Source: a bacterium (GTDB taxonomy: Bacteria; Bacillota; Limnochordia; DTU080; RSA5). From it: a DNA stretch of 64,000 nt. Made by a program: the position numbers and the translations under genes. This document shows, piece after piece, positions 1 through 7,697 of this stretch. Below the pieces are notes generated by a model that was given only the letters and a program-made list of their open reading frames with translations, was not told where the DNA came from and made no database searches. The DNA lies in the NCBI GenBank assembly GCA_002919195.1, contig PKEU01000149.1:8130-72129 (forward strand), written 5' to 3'. Within the stretch, counting starts at the first letter, position 1. Each line of letters begins with the position of its first letter.

Positions 1-393
1 TCGTAGCGACCTGCCCGGCCAGATTTCACCTGGTACCGCCGTGCCAGTTTGATGGCTGCCTCGTTGGCCTCCGCGCCGCTGTTGGCGAAAAAGACCCGGT
101 CAAAGCCGGTCACCTCGGCGAGCCTTTCGGCCAACTGGGCCTGGGGAAGGATATAAAAGTAATTGGACGTGTGCAAGAGGCTTTCGGCCGCTTCGACGAT
201 CGCCTGCTTCAGCTTGGGGTGGCCGTGCCCCAGGGAGGTGACCGCCAGCCCGCTCACAAAGTCCAAAAACGACCGGCCCTCGACGTCAAAAAGGCGGGAG
301 CCTTCGCCCCGGACGAAGGCCAGCTTGATCCGGCCGTAGGTGTGCATCACCCAGCGATCGCTCATGGCAAAGATCTCGTCAGCTCGGAGTTGA
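1..393 (-). CDS. argD: acetylornithine aminotransferase, N-terminal part (gene runs off window start)
   Basis: Reverse translation from ATG (complement of 391-393) gives MGVQLRADEIFAMSDRWVMHTYGRIKLAFVRGEGSRLFDVEGRSF...LHTSNYFYILPQAQLAERLAEVTGFDRVFFANSGAEANEAAIKLARRYQ, typical class-III PLP aminotransferase ArgD. GGAGGG SD at 397-412 (minus strand). Lies downstream of argB in argCJBD order. Confidence 0.85.
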
Positions 394-413
394 ACGCCCA
401 TTCCTTTGCCCTC

Positions 414-1298
414 CTAAGGCACCACCATGGTGCCGATCCCTTGATCCGTAAAAATCTCCAAGAGAAGGGAGTGCATCTTGCGACCGTCGATGATGTGGGT
501 GCGGGCCACTCCCGCGTCCAGAGCCCGGATGCACGCCTCGACTTTGGGAATCATGCCGCCCGAGATCTCGCCGTTTTGGATCATCCTCATGGCCTGCTCG
601 GTTCCCAGGGCCGAAATGAGCGTGCTCGTGTCATTGGGATCGCCAAAGATCCCCTCGACGTCAGTCAACATGATCAACTTGTCCGCCTTTAAAGCCGCGG
701 CCAAGTGCCCGGCGACTGCGTCGGCGTTGATGTTGTAGCTTTCGCCGTCGAGGCCGACCCCCACCGGCGCGACCACGGGGATATACCCTTTCTCGGACAG
801 GAGGTGGATCGGCTCAGGGTTGATGCTCTCCACATCGCCCACGTAGCCGAGATCGACCTCCCCCGGACCGTCCACGGTGGCATGCCCCCCGGTACGGCGC
901 CGGGCGACGATCAGGTTTCCGTCCTTGCCCGACAGGCCTATGGACTTGCCACCGTATTTGTTGATCAGCGAGACGATCTCTTGATTGATCTTGCCGACCA
1001 GGACCATCTGCACGATCTCCATGGTCTCGGCGTCAGTCACCCGGTGGCCTGCGACAAAGACCGGCTTTTTGCCGAGCCGTTCCATCGTGCGGCTGATGTC
1101 CGGCCCCCCGCCGTGAACGATCACCGGGTTGATGCCCACGTACTTAAGGAGGATCACGTCGAGCATGACCGCCTTTTTGAGCTCGGGGTCCGTCATCGCG
1201 TTGCCGCCGTACTTGATCACAAAGGTGCGTCCGAAAAAGGTGCGTATGTACGGTAGCGCCTCGATCAACACCTGGGCTTTTTCAATCGATCCGTTCAC
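414..1298 (-). CDS. argB: acetylglutamate kinase
   Basis: ORF 414..1427 contains SIEKAQVLIEALPYIRTFFGRTFVIKYGG...VVHGGGP...MLTDVEGI...GGMIPKV, ArgB/AAK-family motifs. Start placed at GTG (complement 1296-1298) preceded by GGGAGGGA; the upstream in-frame extension to 1427 is R-rich and unlikely to be coding. Confidence 0.9.
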   Translation of the reverse strand: MNGSIEKAQVLIEALPYIRTFFGRTFVIKYGGNAMTDPELKKAVMLDVILLKYVGINPVIVHGGGPDISRTMERLGKKPVFVAGHRVTDAETMEIVQMVLVGKINQEIVSLINKYGGKSIGLSGKDGNLIVARRRTGGHATVDGPGEVDLGYVGDVESINPEPIHLLSEKGYIPVVAPVGVGLDGESYNINADAVAGHLAAALKADKLIMLTDVEGIFGDPNDTSTLISALGTEQAMRMIQNGEISGGMIPKVEACIRALDAGVARTHIIDGRKMHSLLLEIFTDQGIGTMVVP

Positions 1299-1344
1299 CG
1301 GGTTCCCTCCCGCCGTGCCGATAGGATCCTCTGCCGCGCGTGCA

Positions 1345-2574
1345 TCACGTGCGGTAACTTGCGTTGATCTTGACGTAATCGTAGGTAAGATCGCACGTCC
1401 ACCCCGTCGCCTCGCCCTCGCCTTCACCCAGATCGATCAAGATCGCGACTTCCTCCGCCGCTAAAACGCTCTTTGCCTCGTGCTCGTCAAAGGGGACGCC
1501 CATACCATGCTCAAAAACCTTGACGTTGCCCAGATAGACGGTGGTGGTCTCGGGATCAAAATCGGCGCCTGAGTAGCCGACGGCGCAAAGGATCCGGCCC
1601 CAGTTGGCGTCTTCGCCGTAGACCGCCGTCTTGACCAGCGAGGAGCCGGCGACGGCCTTGACGGCCAAGCGAGCGTCGTGCGCGCTCTTGGCTCCCTTCA
1701 CCCGCACCTCGATCAACTTCGTCGCACCTTCGCCGTCGGCGGCGATCATCTTGGCGAGCTCGATACAGACGCGCGTCAGCGCCTCTGAAAACACCTCGGC
1801 GATGGGCGTGCCTGGCTTGATGGCAGCGCCCGGCGCCGCACCGTTGGCGAGCACCACCGCCATGTCGTTGGTGCTCGTGTCGCCGTCGACGGTGATCATG
1901 TTAAACGAGACGTCCACCGCCGCCTTGAGCCTCTCTTGCAAGAACTCCCTCTCCACTGCGGCGTCCGTGGTGATGAAGGCCAGCATCGTAGCCATATTGG
2001 GATGAATCATCCCGGAGCCTTTGGCCATGGCGCCGATACGAAACTGGACGCCGTCGCACTCGCAGACGACCGCAACCTCTTTGGGCCTCGTGTCCGTGGT
2101 CATGATGCCCAGGGCGGCGTCGTGGGCTCCAGAGACGCTGAGGGCCGCGGCCGCCTGCGCGATGCCCGCTTCAATCTTTTCCATCGGTAAGAAGACGCCG
2201 ATGACTCCCGTGGAGGCCACGACCACCTCCTCCGGCCGGATGCCCAGCTTTTCTGCGCAGATGGCGGCCATCCGGCGTGCGTCGGCCAGGCCCTGCTCGC
2301 CGGTGCACGCGTTGGCGTTGCCGCTGTTGACGACGATGGCGCGCACAGAGCCGGCCTGCACGTGCTCCTTTGTCACCAAGAGCGGCGCAGCCTTTACCCG
2401 GTTGGTCGTAAACGTGGCCGCGGCGCTGCACGGCCTCTCGGAGAAAACCAAGGCGATATCCTTCTTTTGCCGCTTGATACCGGCATGAACGCCCGCCGCC
2501 ACAAATCCCTTCGGGGCCGTGATCCCGCCAGCTATTGGGCGAATGGCCTGATTGGTCTCCACTGCCGTCGGCAT
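1345..2574 (-). CDS. argJ: bifunctional glutamate N-acetyltransferase / ornithine acetyltransferase
   Basis: 409-aa ORF with ArgJ hallmarks (ATMLAFITTDA autoprocessing threonine region, GDTSTNDM, YGEDANWGRI). GGAGGGATTTTA RBS just upstream. Confidence 0.9.
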   Translation of the reverse strand: MPTAVETNQAIRPIAGGITAPKGFVAAGVHAGIKRQKKDIALVFSERPCSAAATFTTNRVKAAPLLVTKEHVQAGSVRAIVVNSGNANACTGEQGLADARRMAAICAEKLGIRPEEVVVASTGVIGVFLPMEKIEAGIAQAAAALSVSGAHDAALGIMTTDTRPKEVAVVCECDGVQFRIGAMAKGSGMIHPNMATMLAFITTDAAVEREFLQERLKAAVDVSFNMITVDGDTSTNDMAVVLANGAAPGAAIKPGTPIAEVFSEALTRVCIELAKMIAADGEGATKLIEVRVKGAKSAHDARLAVKAVAGSSLVKTAVYGEDANWGRILCAVGYSGADFDPETTTVYLGNVKVFEHGMGVPFDEHEAKSVLAAEEVAILIDLGEGEGEATGWTCDLTYDYVKINASYRT

Positions 2575-2723
2575 TTCTTTAAAATCCCTCCAAGAAGCGC
2601 GTGCACGAAGCCGCGGTCGCGCTTAAGACGCGGGCTTTCAAGCACACTGTTTCGATTATACTGGAGCCTCAACCGCCGATCAAGAAGTCTGAAAAGCGCC
2701 CCCCATCCGTCCTCACCGAGCCG

Positions 2724-3764
2724 TCACGGCGTGAAACCAGGGTGCCAAAGACCTGCCGTCTCGGCCAAACCAAAGCGGACGTTCATGTTTTGAATCGCCT
2801 GGCCCGAAGCGCCCTTCACCAGGTTGTCGATCACGCTGGTGACGACGATCCGCCGAGCGCGATGATCGAGACGGGGCGCAAGGTCACAGAAGTTGGTGCC
2901 AGCGACGCTCTTGGTGTCGGGGAGCCTCTCCGCGAGCACCCTGACAAAAGGCGATTCCTTATAAAACTCGGTGAAATGGTTGACCAAGTCCTGGGGGCCG
3001 ATGTCGACCGTCGCCCGGGCGCTCACATGGGTCAAGATCCCCCGGCTCATCGGCACCAGGTGCGGGCTGAAGGTGATGGGCGGCACCTCTTTTCCCAGGA
3101 ACCGGCTCAAGCCCTGTTCGATCTCGGGCGTATGGCGATGCCCTGGATAACCATAGGCCTGCACGTTTTCGACGCAGTGGGGAAAGTGATACATCGGCTT
3201 GGGCGTCGCACCGGCTCCCGACACCCCTGACATCGACGTGACCACCACGGTCTCCAGATCGATCCATCCGGAGGCAGCAAGCGGCGCCAGAGCAAGAAGC
3301 GCCGACGTAGGATAACATCCAGGATTGGCGATCAACCTCGCCTCTTTCACTTGATGGCGAAAGAGCTCCACCAACCCGTAGACGGCTTCTTGAGCCAGCT
3401 GGGGTCGGGTGTGCTCTTGTTTATACCACGCCTCGTAAACCTGAGGATCCGAAAAACGAAAATCCGAACCGATATCGATCAGGACCACTCCGCCGTCGAG
3501 CAACTCCTGGGCCAGCTCCATGGCGACGCCGTGGGGAGTCGCTGTAAAGACCACGTCGCACCGGCGGGCCATCGCCTGGGCATCCACAGGCTCAAAGACG
3601 AGGTCGTAAACGCCTTGAAACGCTGGCAACACCTCCGCTACCTTCTCCCCCACTTTGGACGTCGACGCGACATACTCGACAGTGGCCTGGGGGTGCGACG
3701 CCAAAAGGCGCAGCAGCTCGCCGCCCGCATACCCTGAAGTGCCGACGATCCCTACCTTCATCAA
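2724..3764 (-). CDS. argC: N-acetyl-gamma-glutamyl-phosphate reductase
   Basis: 346-aa ORF MMKVGIVGTSGYAGGELLRLL..., with the semialdehyde-dehydrogenase NAD-binding N-terminus and catalytic-Cys region (ANPGCYPTS). First gene of the arg operon. Confidence 0.9.
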   Translation of the reverse strand: MMKVGIVGTSGYAGGELLRLLASHPQATVEYVASTSKVGEKVAEVLPAFQGVYDLVFEPVDAQAMARRCDVVFTATPHGVAMELAQELLDGGVVLIDIGSDFRFSDPQVYEAWYKQEHTRPQLAQEAVYGLVELFRHQVKEARLIANPGCYPTSALLALAPLAASGWIDLETVVVTSMSGVSGAGATPKPMYHFPHCVENVQAYGYPGHRHTPEIEQGLSRFLGKEVPPITFSPHLVPMSRGILTHVSARATVDIGPQDLVNHFTEFYKESPFVRVLAERLPDTKSVAGTNFCDLAPRLDHRARRIVVTSVIDNLVKGASGQAIQNMNVRFGLAETAGLWHPGFTP

Positions 3765-3806
3765 AGTCTCGTCCTTTCTCCATCTCTTTGCGGCACTTGA
3801 TCTAGT

Positions 3807-3845
3807 AATGGATAAATTATAGCCCGGGATGAATAATAATGCAAG
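3807..3845 (-). promoter_or_regulatory. tandem ARG boxes (ArgR operator) overlapping a sigma-A-like promoter for argCJBD
   Basis: Two 18-bp AT-rich boxes separated by 3 bp: AATGGATAAATTATAGCC (3807-3824) and GATGAATAATAATGCAAG (3828-3845). The second matches the TNTGAATWWWWATTCANW / CATGAATAAAAATKCAAK consensus. On the minus strand the boxes overlap -35 TTGCAT (complement 3839-3844) and -10 TATAAT (complement 3816-3821) with a 17-nt spacer, about 50 nt upstream of the argC ATG. Confidence 0.55.
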
Positions 3846-4019
3846 GCATCCCGCTTGTTCCTGAGAAAAAATTCATTGTCGCGCGGCAGGCTGTTGAAAT
3901 CCCAACCCACCCTTGAGAAACCAACACCCTTCTTCTGGCAAGAGGCGTTCGGCGGAAACGCCGGCGACACCTGCCGCGCCTGTCCCAGAGGAAATGCTGC
4001 CAAGGCCCTCACAAGCCGG

Positions 4020-4640
4020 TTACGGCCCCAAAACCGCATGGAGGACCCGGTATCCGCCATCCTTTTCTAGTTCCGCCACGTTGCCGAACACCGACTCGAT
4101 GTGCGCTCGCAGGCTCTTCGCGCCCTGCTTGGTCTGGGCGACGCACGTCAACGTCCCTCCCGCAAGGAGCCGCTCCCTCGCTCCTTCTACAAGGCCGTAG
4201 ACGACGCGCTTTCCCGCACGGATAGGCGGATTGGTCACAATGGCGCCAAAGCGCACCTCGGGGGGAAAAGGCGTGTACCCCTCTCCCACGTATACCCGGA
4301 CGTTGGCCGCGCCGTTGCGCTCGGCGTTTTGCTGCGCTAAACTCGCGGCGCGCCGGTTGGGATCGCTCATGTAGACGACGAGGTGAGGGAGGAGCTTCGC
4401 CAAGGTGATCCCGATGGGACCATAGCCGCATCCCAGATCGAGGATGGGGCCCACTTGGGGCAGCGGCACCGTTTCGATCAGGAGCCGGGTGCCAAAATCG
4501 ATCCTTCCCCGGGAAAAGACCCCCGCGTCGGTCAATAGGGTAAGGGAAACCCCCCGCACCTCCTCCCGTATCTCCCTGAGGGCGTGGCCGGTCTTGGGCT
4601 CCTCGGAGTAATAATGGTCGTGTCCCTTGCTACGAGACAC
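4020..4640 (-). CDS. class I SAM-dependent methyltransferase (RsmC/YbxB-like small rRNA methyltransferase)
   Basis: HYYSEEP N-terminus, DLGCGYGPIG (motif I) and VTNPPIRAG (NPPxxxG motif IV). Start probably GTG at 4640 (GGGAGG is adjacent to the ATG at 4646, too close). Confidence 0.7.
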   Translation of the reverse strand: MSRSKGHDHYYSEEPKTGHALREIREEVRGVSLTLLTDAGVFSRGRIDFGTRLLIETVPLPQVGPILDLGCGYGPIGITLAKLLPHLVVYMSDPNRRAASLAQQNAERNGAANVRVYVGEGYTPFPPEVRFGAIVTNPPIRAGKRVVYGLVEGARERLLAGGTLTCVAQTKQGAKSLRAHIESVFGNVAELEKDGGYRVLHAVLGP

Positions 4641-5523
4641 CCTCATCCTCCCTTTCCCAAATGCCCCGATCGAACTCGCCGCTCCACAGGGCGTCCAGGA
4701 GCTGTGTCAAAGCGAAGAGGTCATGGGCATTGTGCTCAAGGAGCAAAGCGAGGGCTTGTTGGTCTCCGTCCCTGAGGAAACGGTAGTAGAGATCGGGCGC
4801 CTGGTCTCCGGTAATGTCTTCCCCGCGGTCGATGCCCAGCACTCCTTGAGCAATGGTGGTCAGGCGGCAATTGGGGAAACGGGTCGAAAACCTCCGCCGG
4901 CACGTGTGCAGCAGATCGACGTGCAGGCGAAAGGTCAAGGGGGTCAGGCCGTAAAAGCGAAAGCGCGCCCGGACAAAGGGTTCATCAAAGGCCTTTCCGT
5001 TGTACGTAATGCAGACGCTTCGCCTTTCAAGATCCTCCGCTGCTTGCCACAAGATCGCGCCTTCTTGTTCAAAACCTTCAGCGACGTATTGGCAAACTTC
5101 CCAATGAGTGGCGCCGGCATAGGCCACGCCGATGAGAAAGACGGGGAGCACTTGAGCGAGGCCCGTCGTCTCGATATCGACGACCACCCACTCCCGGCGC
5201 GGAAAGAGGGGAAGCAGCTCCAGATCGCGCGCTCCAAAGTTGATGAGAGCCCGGGCGTCGCGCCGGGCCAAAGCCGCCCAGACCCTCGTCGCGCCGGGGC
5301 CAAACCGGGGGTGCCTCGCCAGGTCAACCAGCGTCTCGTAGCCAGCGTCTTTCAGCTTTTGAAAAGTGTGGGGACCCACTCCCCGGACAAGATCGAGGCG
5401 GCGGTCCAAAGGGACCTCGTCCTGCGCCAAACTTCCCAGCGATCCAAGGGGAAACCGCCGCAGGACGCGAACCCCTCTTCCCAGCGGGTTTTCAAACTCT
5501 TCGCGCACCCCAGAGCTCTCCAT
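4630..5523 (-). CDS. RNase H-like (DnaQ/DEDD-type) exonuclease with N-terminal helix-hairpin-helix, YprB/MrfB-like
   Basis: HhH (GVGPHTFQKLKDAGYETLVDLARH), then VVVDIETTGL ... ITYNGKAFDEPF ... HVDLLH ... HNAHDLFAL exonuclease motifs. Start set at ATG 5523 (MESSGV...), which removes the overlap with MTHFS; the track ORF extends to a GTG at 5586 that has no RBS. Confidence 0.6.
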   Translation of the reverse strand: MESSGVREEFENPLGRGVRVLRRFPLGSLGSLAQDEVPLDRRLDLVRGVGPHTFQKLKDAGYETLVDLARHPRFGPGATRVWAALARRDARALINFGARDLELLPLFPRREWVVVDIETTGLAQVLPVFLIGVAYAGATHWEVCQYVAEGFEQEGAILWQAAEDLERRSVCITYNGKAFDEPFVRARFRFYGLTPLTFRLHVDLLHTCRRRFSTRFPNCRLTTIAQGVLGIDRGEDITGDQAPDLYYRFLRDGDQQALALLLEHNAHDLFALTQLLDALWSGEFDRGIWEREDEGVS

Positions 5524-5534
5524 GTTCAAAGGCG

Positions 5535-6158
5535 TCACCCATCCTTTGCCAACGGTCCCAAGCAACGCCTCTCCGTCACGACCCACCGCACGGGATGATC
5601 ATGCCGATCCACAGGAAGTTGCTCCACTAAGAGCTCCTCGTAGGTCAACCCCACCAGCTCGGCCGACGGTAAAAGAGTCGGCAAGAAGCGATCGTAATAA
5701 CCCCCGCCGTAACCCAACCGGAATCCACGGGTATCGTAGGCCACGGCCGGGACAAGCACCGTGTGAATTTCTTCGGGTGCGACCGCCGGGCAGGTCGACG
5801 CCGGCTCCATAATACCAAAGGCGCCGCGGACAAAATCCTGCGGCGAACGGGTCCGCCGGGCGATCAAACCCTTCCCCTTTTCGACGACGGGAAAAGCCAC
5901 CTCCAATCCCTGACTCCAGAGGCGGCGGATCCAAGGCAAGGGGTCCACTTCGCCCCGGATGGGCCAGTAAGCCATCACCAGCCCTTCGCCAAAACCGAGG
6001 CGGACGAGTTCCCGGCACACGGCGGAAGAGGCCCGCTCCCGCACGGCGCGAGCTATCCTCTCACGGCGGGCGAGAAGCTCGGCGCGGAGCCTCGCTTTAA
6101 GCTCTGCGATCTCCCCGGGACGCTCCACTGCCCCGGGCCACCTCCCGTCCTTTGACAA
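5535..6158 (-). CDS. 5-formyltetrahydrofolate cyclo-ligase
   Basis: 207-aa ORF. The N-terminal LKARLRAELLARRERIA pattern and ...YDTRGFRLGYGGGYYDRFL C-terminal motif are typical of MTHFS. Its 5' end overlaps the 3' end of the upstream transporter gene by about 60 nt (alternative GTG at 6128). Confidence 0.75.
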   Translation of the reverse strand: MSKDGRWPGAVERPGEIAELKARLRAELLARRERIARAVRERASSAVCRELVRLGFGEGLVMAYWPIRGEVDPLPWIRRLWSQGLEVAFPVVEKGKGLIARRTRSPQDFVRGAFGIMEPASTCPAVAPEEIHTVLVPAVAYDTRGFRLGYGGGYYDRFLPTLLPSAELVGLTYEELLVEQLPVDRHDHPVRWVVTERRCLGPLAKDG

Positions 6159-7077
6159 AGGCGTACACGCCCGTCAAGATCAAGATCGCGCCGGTCGCTT
6201 GCCAAAAGCCCGGGATTTCGCCAAAGAGCAAGAACGCGAGGATCGAGGCTCCCACCGGCTCTCCCAAGATGCTCACGGAGACCACCGATGGGCCCGTATG
6301 TCGCAGCGCCCAGTTGAAGAGCGTATGCCCCATCAACGTGGGAACAACCGCCAAAAGGCCGATGATCACCCACTCGCGCGGGGGGATGGGCCAAAAGGAA
6401 AGGCGTTGCAGGCTGCCGTAGAGAAAGACGGTCGCCGCGCCAAAGGCGTTGACCCAGACCAGATACGACGCCAGCGGAAAGCGAGCGCGCACGAGGCTGC
6501 CGATCAGGAGGTAGGCGCCCATGGCGCACGCGGCGGCTACAGCCAAGAGGTCGCCGGCGAGGTGAGAGCCGCCCAGGCCCAGATCGCCCAGCCCGATGAG
6601 CGCGCTGCCGAGCAAGGCCGCTGCCATGCCCAAAAGGGCCTTGCCGCTTACCCTTTCTCTCCACAAGAGGTAACTCGCGGGCACGATCAACAAGGGGTGG
6701 ATCGTCACCAGCACCGCTGCGCTGGCGACGGAGGTCTCTTCCAGCGACGCGAACCAAAGCGCGAGATGAGCGCCGAAAAAGACCCCCGATGCGGCGGCCA
6801 ACCCACGCAGCCGCGGGCTGTTAGGCACGCGTTCGCCACGCGGGATGAAAAGCATCCAGGGCAGAAGCAAGAGAGCGCTGACGGCCAAACGGTATGCCGC
6901 CAACACCACGGGTGAGATCGTCGCAAGCCGCGCCAAAATCGCCGACGTCGAAACGGCGAAGACCGCGACGACCAGAGCTCCTGCGAGCAGCGGATGCCCC
7001 GCTGGTTGCGGCCGCTCGTGCGAAGACGGAGGTGCGTGGGCCGGCGACTGAGCTCCCACAAGGCGCCTTTTGGCCAT
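6097..7077 (-). CDS. DMT-superfamily (EamA-like) transporter
   Basis: About 10 predicted TM helices and duplicated EamA-type halves. Start set at ATG 7075-7077 (MAKRRLVG) with AAGGGGGGG SD; the track ORF extends further upstream through an R/G-rich stretch. Confidence 0.75.
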   Translation of the reverse strand: MAKRRLVGAQSPAHAPPSSHERPQPAGHPLLAGALVVAVFAVSTSAILARLATISPVVLAAYRLAVSALLLLPWMLFIPRGERVPNSPRLRGLAAASGVFFGAHLALWFASLEETSVASAAVLVTIHPLLIVPASYLLWRERVSGKALLGMAAALLGSALIGLGDLGLGGSHLAGDLLAVAAACAMGAYLLIGSLVRARFPLASYLVWVNAFGAATVFLYGSLQRLSFWPIPPREWVIIGLLAVVPTLMGHTLFNWALRHTGPSVVSVSILGEPVGASILAFLLFGEIPGFWQATGAILILTGVYAFVKGREVARGSGASRGDRRA

Positions 7078-7091
7078 CCGCACGCCCCCCC

Positions 7092-7673
7092 TTACGGCTC
7101 CCGGCCGTCGGAATATTCGTCCGGCCGCAAAAAGGGCGCCAGGGCCAAAGCGAGGCACTCTTCAAAAAAGCGCTGCCGATCGATTAACCCCCGGGTCAAA
7201 TATCCGACCGCCCCTTCCTTGGCGTTGACGTCGCTGCGGCCTACGCGCTCCACCATCAAGTCACCCAAGACCTTTCCCGAGCGGATCGCCTCCGCCAAGG
7301 CCACCGGTAAGAGGAGCTTGGCCGATGGAGCCGCTCCCATGCGGCCATCCTTGGCCATTACCACCGCCCAATTGAAAAGGTAGCACTCACCGTCGACAAA
7401 CTCGACGCCGCCTTCAAGGCCTACCCCAAAGGCATCCTCGGATGAGAGCGCTCCTTTCGCCCGGTGGATGGCGCCGAGCTTCACCTGCTCGCCGACGGGC
7501 ATCTCCCCGATTTCTGGCGGCATCACCACGGCGACTGGCCGCACCTTTACTTCCCTGACGATCCGTCCAAAAACCTTTTCCACCGCGGCAACCTTCGCGG
7601 GGTTGGTCGAACCCACCGCCACCGTCAACCCTGGAGGAAAAAGATCGGTCGTCACCCCACCACACGCCTCCAA
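7092..7673 (-). CDS. non-canonical purine NTP phosphatase (YjjX/inosine-xanthosine triphosphatase family)
   Basis: VAVGSTNPAKVAAVEKVF N-terminal motif and overall Maf/Ham1-like pattern; start uncertain (possibly a non-ATG codon near LTVAVG). Confidence 0.65.
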   Translation of the reverse strand: MEACGGVTTDLFPPGLTVAVGSTNPAKVAAVEKVFGRIVREVKVRPVAVVMPPEIGEMPVGEQVKLGAIHRAKGALSSEDAFGVGLEGGVEFVDGECYLFNWAVVMAKDGRMGAAPSAKLLLPVALAEAIRSGKVLGDLMVERVGRSDVNAKEGAVGYLTRGLIDRQRFFEECLALALAPFLRPDEYSDGREP

Positions 7674-7697
7674 CCCTTCGCGCGGGCTCCTCGCGCT

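Noticed and set aside
171-692. 173-aa plus-strand ORF at the window start
   Set aside because: Antisense to argD/argB, both strongly supported by homology. No RBS and a low-complexity translation.
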